DNA from: a virus
Lineage: Duplodnaviria; Caudoviricetes
Length of the DNA: 64,000 nucleotides
IMG/VR virus record: IMGVR_UViG_3300020042_006673
Coordinates: 953-64,952 of that record
Strand: one strand, 5' to 3'
A program made the translations under genes and the position numbers. Shown here in pieces: positions 8,844 to 19,023 of this stretch (position 1 is the first letter of the stretch; each line of letters begins with the position of its first letter). Under the pieces are notes generated by a model. The model made no database searches. It was not told the origin of the DNA and saw nothing but the letters and a program-made list of their open reading frames with translations.

Positions 8844-11800
8844 ATGGCTGATAATGTAAATACTGCAATCTACGATACCCGTGTTGATCGTGCAGCAATG
8901 CTACGGTTGTTTGAAAGACGAGTGCAAGGTAAGGTTGAATTAGTGTTGAATGGTCATGCTGTTCGCACAGACGAGCTGATACGTGCTGCTAACCAATCTA
9001 ATAAAGGCTTTTTGGCATTAAGAGAGGCAATCGATGAGGACCTTCGAAATACCTATCGAGAGGTATATCAAGTCTCATCGAAGTCTCTCATTGATCTTGT
9101 AGGTGATCAGGTCTCTTACACGTATCAAGTATTGGATAATGCTATTGGTAAATTATGGAGAACAGAACGTCCTGGTCGTAGAGTTGCTGAAGAGTTGGTT
9201 TTAAATAAGCCACTACATGCTAATACCACATTAGCACAAGGTTGGTCAAATATTAGTGTTGGAGAAAGACGTAGACTAGAGAATATAATTCGGAAGGGAA
9301 TCGCGGATGGCAGTAGCGTAGAAGATATTGCTTTAATGGTAAGACGTGGAAATGTCCATAAGATTAGTCTACGACAATCTCAAGCTTTGGTTATCACATC
9401 CATCACCAGTGTAACAGCACAAGCCGATCATGAAGTGTATACAGCTAATAAGGATTCGCTTACGGGATGGCAATATGTTGCAGTGTTAGATAGCAGGACT
9501 ACTGATATTTGTGCGCATCGTGATGGTACTATTTATCCAATTGAAGACACTGAACATCTACCACCTGCTCATTTCCATTGCAGATCGACTACAATACCTA
9601 TTGTAAAGTCTTGGGATGACTTAGACAAGCTTGAAGGTGTGGCTCAAGTAAGACGTAGAAATCTTTCAGGTCTTAGTGCAAAACAAAAAGCATACTATGA
9701 CGGTCAGACACCCTTAAAAGAATCTTACGATCAATGGCTACGTAGACAGCCTACTGAGGTCCAGTTAAGACACCTTGGCGATACTCAGAAACTAGAGATA
9801 TTTAGATCAGGTCAACTTACATTAGATAAGTTTACTAATGCTGAAGGCAACTCTGTTGGTATTAGAGAGCTTTCAGCTATGACTATCCCAACTGTATCTG
9901 GAGATACTCGTAGGTTTGCCTTAGCTAAAGAGAAATTAGATACCATAAAGGTAGGTGCATCGACACCTGATGACTTTATTGGTGACACTGACTTGACTAA
10001 AGCCTTAAGTGAGTATTATGTACTACAAGCTGGTGAACTAAACGGTACCTTGTCTTTGACTAATTATCGTGGAGCTTTACTCCATAATAAGAAAGCAACA
10101 AAAGCTAGGGTATTGAGCACTTTACCTACTGAAGCTAATACTAGATTTAATCCTATAACAGGTCGTTATGAAGATACTCGTATATATCAACCCTCGCCTA
10201 TCACTCTAGAGAATACTCAGAGGTTAGTTAGAGAGAGTGAAGATTTATTGCCTAGAGATAAAGAGTTTATAACTAACTTTATTGATAGTTTAGAGTCTAA
10301 GATAAGTGTTAACGAACGTGCTGTGATATCTGAAAACCTTCGAATCCTTTTTACTAGGTATCGTAAGAATGGTGAAGTCTGGACTAACTTCAAAGCTGTG
10401 GCACAAAGCCAAATTAAGTTTGATATTGCAAACGTTTCAGACTACATTGAAACACAGATACGTAAAGATGCACATTTATTGCCTAAACTACTTCAAGATA
10501 ATTATATAGATCCTGTACTCGGTCCTGTTCAATTAGACGATCTTAGTAAGAACTTTATTAAAAATATTAAGGCAAAGAACAAGTGGGAAGATGCGGTAGC
10601 ACCTAAGATTGCTAAAGAGCTACGTGGATTCTTAGATTTAAATATTCCTATTAAGATAAGGTCTAGATTAAATGATAATTCATTACAAGAATTTTACCTA
10701 AAGTTTGCACATCGGTTAGCACTTGCAGATTCCCCTGATAGGGATCAGTTGGCAGTAGCTCTAGGTAGAGACCTCTACAACTTAGCTAATTATCGTGGTT
10801 CTCGAAACGAATGGTTCAACCTAGGAATTAAAATTCTAGAAAAAGCTGAGAAGAAAGGTTTTTACAAGTTAGAGACCTTTGGTACTCAAAAAAGACGTTT
10901 GAAAAGTAGGCTAGGCGGTAATTACTTTGGCCCATACTACGACACTTTTGCCGTGAACTTACGAATCACTGATCCTAGGATTCAAGAATACTCAAGGTTA
11001 ACTCGTAGTGTAGAGCTAGGACTTCGTGTAGCTGTCACCGATGCGAAGAATAGACTAGTCTTTAGGAAGGGCTATAAAACCTATTGGATAGATCGTGGTA
11101 TACTAGGCTATGAAGATACTCGAATCCCGATCACATCTACTGGCAGCTTCGGTGATTTTCCGACTGATCTTATTGATGATGATCTTGTTGACGCCTTAGA
11201 TTGGGCCTCAAAAGCTGAGTATAAGGTAGATCCTGATTTCTATGACTTTGCTACTAAGCTTTTAAAATTTGAAGATGATAAAGGTCGTGCTAAGTATTAT
11301 CATGGATTGAATCAATACAGGGCACACTTGCTGGAGCGTGGTGACTCTTATGAGCGATTGAAGGCTTTGGAGTGGCTACGCAATAGTGGCAAATCCTTCA
11401 GTAATCATCCTTTTTTAGATCATCGTGCTAGGATATATGATAGAGGTTTGATTGGGCCACAGTCTGGTGAAACCTTTAGACCTTTCTTAAGTACAGCTGA
11501 AGCTAAGAACTTTAGTGCTGAAGACTTCTTTAATTTACAAGATCAGATAGGCTCTTTCTTAGGCGGATTGAACGATTACTTTGAAGGCTTTAATAATTCA
11601 CTATCTATCTTAGGTCGTCAAAAGATCGCAGAGAAGTGGCGTAAGGATTTAGTTGAGATTGGTAATCATATTCGTCGTGGTAAACCTAACGATATTAGGG
11701 CTGTATTAGAGTCTAACTTATTGTCTAGGATTGATGGTGAAGATCAGGGAAAAGCCTTGCGATTGGCACTAGAGGTATCAAAAATTGACGAGTTCCTCCA

Positions 11801-14190
11801 GGGCAACTACTCCAAGGCGAACCTCGTTAAATTAAAGGAGTATAGAACCTCACTTGCCTTAGAGCAAGACGCATCCTCCTCTGGTGCACAGATAATTGCG
11901 TTAACCACAAAGAATAAGCAATTAGCTGAGTTGAGTAATGTAGTTCCTACGAATTATAAAAGAAGACTTTATGATGAGATTGCTGCATCTACTTTTAGAG
12001 ACCCTCGATTTATCAAACTAAATCAAAAGTTAGGGCTTACTGAGAAAGATTTAAGAAAGGCTGCAAAAGCTCAGAACTTAGTTACCTTTTATGGTGCAGG
12101 TGAACGTACCGGCATTATAAATGTTGAAGCTAAACTTTCTAAAGCATTAGGCAAGAACGAAGGTCTTCTTGTAGTAAAAGCATCTGACAGAGACACTGTA
12201 CTGTCTGAGATCGCTGCTAGAGCGGCACGTTATGAGAAGTTTGATAAAGAGACGTATCTTGAACTTAAAGCTCTTAGACAAGACGTTAAAGAGATTTTTA
12301 ATAAAGGTATAACTCCTGGTGATGATATTATCGAACAACTTTATTTTTTAGATCCTAAGACTCGAGAGTTGGTTGAAAAATTAACTAAGCAATATGATAC
12401 AGTTGTTACACCAGACGACTTTAAAGAGATTGCACAAATCTTTAGCGAAAACTTAAGGGTTCAAGTTCCTATTTTGAGAGACTTTACCAGGTTCTTTGGA
12501 AGACTTGCCGAAGATTTCCTTTCAAATGCCAAGCCGAGTCAATCTGATTTTGATTGGCCGGCTTTGATAAAGACTCAAATTAGAGGTACTAGAAAATCTG
12601 GTTATAGGCTTCCTAAAGCTATTAGTCGAATATTAGGACTTAAGGATGAACCGCTTTCAGAGAAATTCTTAAAACGAATCCCTGGATGGAATCCTGATGG
12701 TACTTTGTCAGAACTGCTATATGGTATAAGAGCACCTGAAGCAAGACGTACGGGCACTACTTTGTTCGGTATAAGCCCATTGCAATTGAAGACTTTAGGT
12801 GAGCTTGAAGTATTTACCCCTAACAAGTTACCTAAAAATTGGCCTAACGTTCCTTGGGTCAACTTTGACGGTAAAATTATTGAACAGAATTTTACACAAG
12901 TCTTTGAAGAGAAGTTAGTATATCTTGATAAAGATGGTCATCGAGTTATCAATATTCTCCAAGTTCCACAAAAGACTGATCCTACTTTCTGGGAAGAGTT
13001 AATTAACAAATCCGGAAAGATTAATGATATTGCTGATGTGAATAAAGCTAGGACTGCCTTTGCAGTTAACGGTGAAATCTGATTGCCGTTGTAAAATTCC
13101 GTGAATTCGGTGGATAACCTTAGGGTCAATACCGAGCCAAGCTTTGAGAGAACTCTCTTAGAAGGTGTAACGACTATTATGTAGGGCACAAGTGTGCTCG
13201 AAGCGCGGAACAGTGAAAACTGAAGATATAGTCTGATCTATATAGTAATATATAGCTGTTAATTATGGAGAGTATTAATGAAATTAGAACGCCTAAGGGC
13301 CCTTTTCTATTGCAAAGATGGTAAATGTTATAATCGCATCTCACGAGGTTCAGCTAAGAAAGACTTAGAGGCCGGTTATATAGCAGAGGATGGTTATAGA
13401 CGAGTTAGAATAGATGGTAGCTATCATTATATACATAGGGTGGTATGGATGCTTTCAACAGGAAAGGCGATTCCTGATGATTTGTTCATTGACCATATTG
13501 ATGGTAACAAACTCAACAATTCCATACAAAATCTAAGACTAGCGTCCTCCCTTGAAAATCAGTATAATAAATTTAGACAAACCAATGGCAGTAGCCAGTT
13601 TAAAGGTGTTTGGTTTGATTCTAAGAAAGACTGTTGGAAGGCTTCAATTCGTTTAAAAGATCGACGATTCTATATAGGTCAATTTAACACAGAAATTGAA
13701 GCTGCTATTGCCTATGATAAACTTGCAATAGAAACTCAAGGTACGTTTGCCAAACTCAATATTTTAACGGGGTTGCCTAACGAACAACCCGAACAAAACG
13801 AATCATTCCAACGATGCAACACTCGTTAAGCAGTTCCATTTATGGGGTAAGAAAAACGGTGTACCTACCTCTACTATCCATGATGCGTTCTTTACGAATG
13901 CATCCGAGATGGTTAGGGCTAGAAATGCACTAAGACAGCTTTATGCAAATACCTTGAAACGTAATGTAATCAAGTCTACCTTAGACGAGATGCGTAGCCG
14001 AGGTTTGCCCAAAGAACTTTATAATAAATACTTAGAAGAAGCTATCGCGATAGGCCTGATTCCTGTTCCAGGCAAGTCTATTGTAGGTGGCCGTGTATTA
14101 ACTGAAAAAGATATTTTAACAGATGCCGATATCTTAGCTAATATTCCTGAAGGTTTCAAGAATAATTATGCATGGTACGGTGTCAATTAA
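8844..14190 (+). CDS. MuF/SPP1-gp7 head morphogenesis domain fused to a T7-like single-subunit RNA polymerase; spliced join(8844..13073,13801..14190), 1539 aa
   Basis: N-terminal MuF motifs WQYVAVLDSRTTDIC and PPAHFHCRST. RNAP motifs DHRARIY (aa 859), A EQDASSSG (D1009), B RKAAKAQNLVTFYG (K1075, Y1083); after splicing, AVNG^NHSNDATL and motif C TIHDAFF (D1438). Exon 2 is in frame with track ORF 13909..14190. Confidence 0.9.
13074..13800 (+). ncRNA. Group I self-splicing intron (IA-like), 727 nt
   Basis: 5' exon ends in U, paired with IGS GCCGUU 13085-90; P10 UGAUU/AAUCA; P3 13097-103/13204-10; P4 13107-12/13130-35; P7 GACUA 13172-76/UAGUC 13229-33; J8/7 GAAGAUAUAGUC; P8 CAGU-GAAA-ACUG; P9 13238-55; terminal G 13800. 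Confidence 0.93.
13278..13829 (+). mobile_element. Intron-encoded HNH-AP2 homing endonuclease
   Basis: HRVVW...IDHIDGNKLNNSIQNLR (HNH_3 type) plus AP2 domain SQFKGVWFD...WKASI...GQFNTEIEAAIAYD; GGAG RBS; lies in the intron P9 region. Confidence 0.9.
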
Positions 14191-14237
14191 TTGGACCGTG
14201 TCCACAATTTAAATAGGCTGTGCCTAAAGGAAAAGAA

Positions 14238-14930
14238 ATGCCATTAACCCCTGAAGAAATTGCTGCAAAAGAAGCTGAAGATGCTTTGAAGAAGGCTGAA
14301 GAAGATGCGAAAGCATTGTCTGATGCTCAGAAAGCTGGCAATCAAGAGCTTATTGATAAGCTGGTTGCAGACAAGGTTGCAGAACAAGTTGCATCTCTCA
14401 AGACTAAACTTGACAGTGCATACGAGGCAAGAGATAAAGCTTTACAAGAAGCCGCTATCTTGAGACAAAAAGAAAAAGAAGCAGAGTTAGAGCGTTTGAA
14501 AGCTGATGGAAAGCATAAGGAAGCTTATGAGTTACAATTGGCGGAAGAACGTGCTACTAACGAAGCACTTAAGAAGCGAAATACTGAACTGACACGAGAT
14601 GTTAACGTACGTGACGCTATGAAGGCGTACTCTTTCAGAAGTGATAAAGCAGCAGAAATGGCATTTCATGAAGTTGCCAATCAACTGACACAGGATGAAA
14701 AGGGTGTATGGGTACATCGCAGTGGTATTTCGATAAGCGATTTTGTAAAGTTGTTCGCTGAGAACAAAGATAATGCCTTTTTGTTCAAAACTAAAGCTAA
14801 TACCGGTGGCGGCTCTAGTGAAAGTGGGGATGGTAGTCTCGACAATACACAAAAACCAACGTCCTTATTTAAGCTCTCACAAAAAGAAGTTCTAGAGATG
14901 GCTGAAAAAGGACAAATTAAAAGAAAGTAA
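14238..14930 (+). CDS. Capsid scaffolding protein
   Basis: Glu/Lys/Ala coiled-coil directly upstream of MCP; AAGGA RBS before ATG 14238. Confidence 0.8.
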   Translation: MPLTPEEIAAKEAEDALKKAEEDAKALSDAQKAGNQELIDKLVADKVAEQVASLKTKLDSAYEARDKALQEAAILRQKEKEAELERLKADGKHKEAYELQLAEERATNEALKKRNTELTRDVNVRDAMKAYSFRSDKAAEMAFHEVANQLTQDEKGVWVHRSGISISDFVKLFAENKDNAFLFKTKANTGGGSSESGDGSLDNTQKPTSLFKLSQKEVLEMAEKGQIKRK

Positions 14931-14934
14931 TTAA

Positions 14935-16122
14935 ATGCCTTTACGTACTAATGTCACCGGTGCTACTAACTACGCACTGCAAGAAGCTATTGGCGGTTAT
15001 TCTGACGAAGCTTACACGACTGCTAAGAAACTGTCGGGTACTGCACTTGTCAGTCCTAACCCTGAAATCCAGACTGACGGTGAAACCTTTATTGGTCAAA
15101 TGCGTTGGTTCAAACCATTGACGCCTGTTGTTAACGTGGCATCTTTGACTGATTCCTCGAACGGTACGCCTACTACTTACGGCTCTGAGTATTTGACCTA
15201 CATCAAAACTGTGCGTACGCATGGTGCTGAGAAAGTCAATATGCAGAAAGTTGTGACTCAGGATGACGGTCTGGCTAAAATTGGTCGTGACTTTGCTGAA
15301 ACCCGCAACCAAGACGAACACAATGCAATTCTGTCCGTGTTGAAGGGTGTTGCACTGGCTGAAGTTCTCAATGGTGCAGCCGCTGCTTCTGGTGCTACTG
15401 GTCTGGGTGGCCAAACGTTCACCAATGACGACACGGATAAGAAATACGGTTTCTATGTCGATCTGGGTGCAGCTTTGCCTGTTATCGCTGCTTCGGCTTC
15501 TGTGCAAGGTGCGGCTCGTGCTGAGGGCTTCTTGCAAGCTATCGGCATGGCGTGGAAAGATTACGAGCCAGAGTATGCTTATCTGGTAACCAGCCCTGAA
15601 GTTATGGCATCTTTGCGTTCGGCTAATCTGGTCGAGGATGAAGGTGTTGTTGAGGGCAATGTTACCTTTAATACCATCTTCGGTGGCAAATTCCGTTTGA
15701 TTCAGACTCGTGCTTCTCAAGGCTTTAGTTCGGCTGAGCGTACTAAGATCAATACGGGTGCTGGTGTTGACTTGGTTGGTACTAAGTGTTCCTATGTTGT
15801 ACTCCCTGGTGCAATTGCAATGGAACAAGTTGCGATTGACGATTCGGTTGAGATTTATCGTGACGGTCGTGCTTATAAAGGTGGCGGTTCTACGAATATC
15901 TGGTATCGTTGGGGTTATGTGGCGCATCCGGCTGGCTATAATTGGGCTGGTAGTGCTGATGCATTCCCTGCTGATGCTGATTTCTACAAAGCAGTTGAAG
16001 GTGGTTCGCCATTGGCTCTGGGCTCTGTTGTGTCCGGCACCCTGGCTTCCACCACTGGTACTTGGATTCGTAAAGCGAATTCTGCATTGAATCTGGGCAT
16101 CTTGCCGATTTTCCACAGCTAA
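14935..16122 (+). CDS. Major capsid protein
   Basis: 395 aa after scaffold; strongly biased, highly-expressed-type codons; motifs MRWFKPL, WYRWGYVAHP. Confidence 0.85.
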   Translation: MPLRTNVTGATNYALQEAIGGYSDEAYTTAKKLSGTALVSPNPEIQTDGETFIGQMRWFKPLTPVVNVASLTDSSNGTPTTYGSEYLTYIKTVRTHGAEKVNMQKVVTQDDGLAKIGRDFAETRNQDEHNAILSVLKGVALAEVLNGAAAASGATGLGGQTFTNDDTDKKYGFYVDLGAALPVIAASASVQGAARAEGFLQAIGMAWKDYEPEYAYLVTSPEVMASLRSANLVEDEGVVEGNVTFNTIFGGKFRLIQTRASQGFSSAERTKINTGAGVDLVGTKCSYVVLPGAIAMEQVAIDDSVEIYRDGRAYKGGGSTNIWYRWGYVAHPAGYNWAGSADAFPADADFYKAVEGGSPLALGSVVSGTLASTTGTWIRKANSALNLGILPIFHS

Positions 16123-16137
16123 TATAGGATTCCACTT

Positions 16138-16614
16138 ATGGCACTCAGTAAAGGCACTAACGCATATGCTACAGTCGCTGAAGCCGATGCATACTTTACG
16201 GACAGGATAGATGCTGATACTTGGACTGCTGCTTCAGCTACTAAAAAAGCACAAGCCTTGATTACAGCAACTCAACTTCTGGATACGTTAAATTGGACAG
16301 GTGTTGCTGTAAGTGAATCCCAACCATTAGCATTTCCAAGGTCTGGTGAGTTCTTCGATCCTAGATTAGGTACTAATATCTTTATTCAAGATTCAACACC
16401 TAATTACGTGGTCAGGGCGAACTATGAGCTTGCACTACATTTGTTAAATAATACTGGTGTATTAGATGACACAGGTAGTGTCGATTCCGTTAATCTTGGT
16501 ACTGTTTCACTCACCAACATTTTAACTCCTAGTAAAATACCGAGCTCTGTTAGACGTATTATTAAACCCTTGCTTGTCAACTCAGGTTCTAACCCATGGT
16601 TTAGGAGTAACTAA
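16138..16614 (+). CDS. Head-tail connector (DnaT-like annotated family)
   Basis: NAYATVAEADAYF, KAQALITATQLLD, QPLAFPR motifs; position after MCP. Confidence 0.8.
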   Translation: MALSKGTNAYATVAEADAYFTDRIDADTWTAASATKKAQALITATQLLDTLNWTGVAVSESQPLAFPRSGEFFDPRLGTNIFIQDSTPNYVVRANYELALHLLNNTGVLDDTGSVDSVNLGTVSLTNILTPSKIPSSVRRIIKPLLVNSGSNPWFRSN

Positions 16615-16952
16615 TGGGGTATACTAATCTGATTAGACAACAGGTAGATGCGGCTTTCAAGGCTGCAGGTGATCTTGCAGATACAGTAACGTTTGTAACC
16701 AGTAATGTCTCATTTAATTTTGCAACAGGTGAGCCTACAATTTCAGAGTCAGGAAACTATACTCTGAAGTGCGTTAAGGGCAAAAGAACAAGACCTCCTG
16801 GTGAAAGTCAAAAATTAGACATATTGCTTCCAGGTGTAAATTACGGGTATTTAAATACTTGTGAAAAAGCTTATATAGGTGGTGTCTTATGGAACGTAGA
16901 AAAATTCGAATCAGATAACTTTTTAACTAAAGTTTATTTGAGGGAGAATTAA
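16614..16952 (+). CDS. Head closure/stopper protein
   Basis: Position and size in the neck gene block. Confidence 0.55.
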   Translation: MGYTNLIRQQVDAAFKAAGDLADTVTFVTSNVSFNFATGEPTISESGNYTLKCVKGKRTRPPGESQKLDILLPGVNYGYLNTCEKAYIGGVLWNVEKFESDNFLTKVYLREN

Positions 16953-16953
16953 T

Positions 16954-17355
16954 ATGAATCGTTTTAAAGACATACAAGCCTCTATATTTAGTCTATTTAC
17001 ATTAAGTGAATGGACAACTCATAGTATAAATACGTATCCTGCTAATTTTATTCCAGATACGGCTGGCCAATCCTATATAAGAATAAAAATTCTTCCTAGC
17101 TCGATAGGTATCGATAAAAATTCTAAACGTGGTATTATTTTAATTGATATCTTTACATTGTTAGGTACTGGACCTTCAGATTATATGGAAATAGCTGACA
17201 AGCTAAATTCCTTACTAGAAAATAAGGTGTTGACTACAGCTTCCGGAGTTGTACAACTATCAAACAGTGCTATGGCTGACCTTGGCATAGATCCAGACAA
17301 TCAGACTTTATATAGAGTCCAATATTCAATACCTTTCAACTACTATGGAGTATAA
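16954..17355 (+). CDS. Tail terminator/completion protein
   Basis: Position before major tail protein; YRVQYSIPFNYY C-terminus. Confidence 0.6.
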   Translation: MNRFKDIQASIFSLFTLSEWTTHSINTYPANFIPDTAGQSYIRIKILPSSIGIDKNSKRGIILIDIFTLLGTGPSDYMEIADKLNSLLENKVLTTASGVVQLSNSAMADLGIDPDNQTLYRVQYSIPFNYYGV

Positions 17356-17357
17356 CA

Positions 17358-17996
17358 ATGTCTCATCTTTCTTCTATCAGTGCTGCAATTTTCACTGATT
17401 TGGCTGTCGCTATCGGTACTACTACCGCTGGTGTTGCCGCTGCTGCTTTACCGGCCACTTTGGATAAGGCTGGCTTCGATGCACTCTTCACTACCTCTTC
17501 GGCAACTGATGTGAATTTCATTCGGGTAGCAAATATCCGTGAATTTCCGGCATTGGGCGCTCAACCGAATCTGGTTAATGTGCCGGTGTACGGCCAGAAG
17601 ACTAGCCAAACCATTGGCGGTCAGTCGGATGCTCCGCAGCTTGAGGTTACCGTCAACTTTGTCGGCACTGAATGGGCGAAAGGCACAACCTCGTCCACTT
17701 GGTCTGGCAGCGCCCCTGCTACCAAAGGTAATGAACTGTCTAACATGGTTGGTGATGGTGTTACCCGTGCATGGCGTGTTGCCTTGATGGCAGGTGAGCC
17801 TACTGGCGCGACTTTGGGCGCCACTCAGTCGCAGTATGACTCTAATGCAGGTGGCTTGGGCCGGACCGAAAATACGATTTTCTATTTCCTCGGTAAGCTT
17901 GAGTCCCTGTTGGTTACGCCTTCGCTATCTGATGCAACTACGGCTACGCTGGCCTTCTCTATTCAGTCGGCTTTCGTTGGTCCGTTCACTGTCTAA
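17358..17996 (+). CDS. Major tail (tube) protein
   Basis: IREFPALGAQPNLVNVPVYG...IGGQSDAPQLEVTVNF; highly-expressed codon bias; no sheath gene nearby. Confidence 0.8.
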   Translation: MSHLSSISAAIFTDLAVAIGTTTAGVAAAALPATLDKAGFDALFTTSSATDVNFIRVANIREFPALGAQPNLVNVPVYGQKTSQTIGGQSDAPQLEVTVNFVGTEWAKGTTSSTWSGSAPATKGNELSNMVGDGVTRAWRVALMAGEPTGATLGATQSQYDSNAGGLGRTENTIFYFLGKLESLLVTPSLSDATTATLAFSIQSAFVGPFTV

Positions 17997-18080
17997 ATAA
18001 GACATAGGGGAGGTATCTTTAGTGGAGTTACCTTAAACAATCAACACCTCTTTGATGTCCCCAATTATAAAGGATTATAT

Positions 18081-18311
18081 ATGGCAGAAGATAAGCCGTT
18101 TGATATGCAATATGTTTTGAAGACAACTGCTAAGCATATGCGTAAGAGTATCGATGTTAGTATTAGAAAGACCTTTGAAAGAATGCCTGAGTTTGAAGGC
18201 AATTCTGAAAAAGGTAAAGAGTTATTTCAGACTCTTTCTGTGCTACATACTATGCGTAAAATGTTGGATGATTTCCAACTTAATAATAAAGAACTATTTT
18301 CTGGAGAATGA
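18081..18311 (+). CDS. Hypothetical protein
   Basis: AAGGA RBS, 76 aa. Confidence 0.65.
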   Translation: MAEDKPFDMQYVLKTTAKHMRKSIDVSIRKTFERMPEFEGNSEKGKELFQTLSVLHTMRKMLDDFQLNNKELFSGE

Positions 18312-18355
18312 ACATGGCTTCATTATCTGCTCCAAATTCTAAAGTAAAAGGAAAT

Positions 18356-18658
18356 ATGATGTCTATTAAAGATCTAGTCGGCAAACGAATGACTAAAGAT
18401 GCCAAATTCATGGGCACCGAGGTCAAAATCAATAAGCTAAGTGTCAGTGAAATTATCGAGATTCAAGACTTAGCTAAAGATGCTGAAGGCGACGAGAAAC
18501 GTAGTTTTGAAGTTATGCGTAAAGTCATTTGTTTAGGTGTCGATGGCGGTGTTGAACTGAGTGATCAAGACTTTGACAACTTTCCTATGGATGAGCTTTC
18601 GAGTCTATCCTCTGCTATTATGAAATTCTCTGGGTTAGGTGAAACAGCGGGGAAGTAG
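18356..18658 (+). CDS. Tail assembly chaperone (gpG-like)
   Basis: Acidic ~100-aa protein between MTP and TMP; RBS favours ATG 18356 or 18359 over track start 18308. Confidence 0.7.
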   Translation: MMSIKDLVGKRMTKDAKFMGTEVKINKLSVSEIIEIQDLAKDAEGDEKRSFEVMRKVICLGVDGGVELSDQDFDNFPMDELSSLSSAIMKFSGLGETAGK

Positions 18659-19023
18659 AACTATTGCCAGCAGAGATGATGTTGTATGAAATGGCATATA
18701 GTATTGGATGTACTGTCCGAACTATTAAAGACATGGATTATGACGAATATATAGGCTGGCAATTGTACTTTGAAAGGCGTCCTTTAGGTTGGCGTGAAGA
18801 TGACCGAACTATGCGATTGATGCAAGCTCAAGGCGTCAAGGCAAAGCCTGAGTCTGTGTTTGCTTCATTGGCCGCTATTGCTTCTTATTCAGAGCCTACA
18901 GTACCTAAATCAAATATGATTTCAGGTGCATCTTTGAAAGCCTCAGGTTTATTTAGACTAGCATCACAAGCTAAGGGCGGCGATAATTTAAGCCCAATTT
19001 TTAAGGAAAAGAAAGATGTTTAA
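18643..19023 (+). CDS. Tail assembly chaperone frameshift extension (gpT-like)
   Basis: -1 frame is open from 18643, overlapping the gpG end at G GGG AAG (18649-55); only a TTG start without clear RBS; WQLYFERRPLGWREDDR motif. Confidence 0.6.
   Translation, partial: NSGEVELLPAEMMLYEMAYSIGCTVRTIKDMDYDEYIGWQLYFERRPLGWREDDRTMRLMQAQGVKAKPESVFASLAAIASYSEPTVPKSNMISGASLKASGLFRLASQAKGGDNLSPIFKEKKDV

Noticed and set aside
13909-14190. Stand-alone 93-aa gene from the ORF track
   Set aside because: It is the distal part of exon 2 of the MuF-RNAP; the frame is open from 13801 and contains motif C
14941-16116. 391-aa antisense ORF spanning the capsid gene
   Set aside because: Exact codon-register shadow of a strongly biased gene; no RBS or motifs
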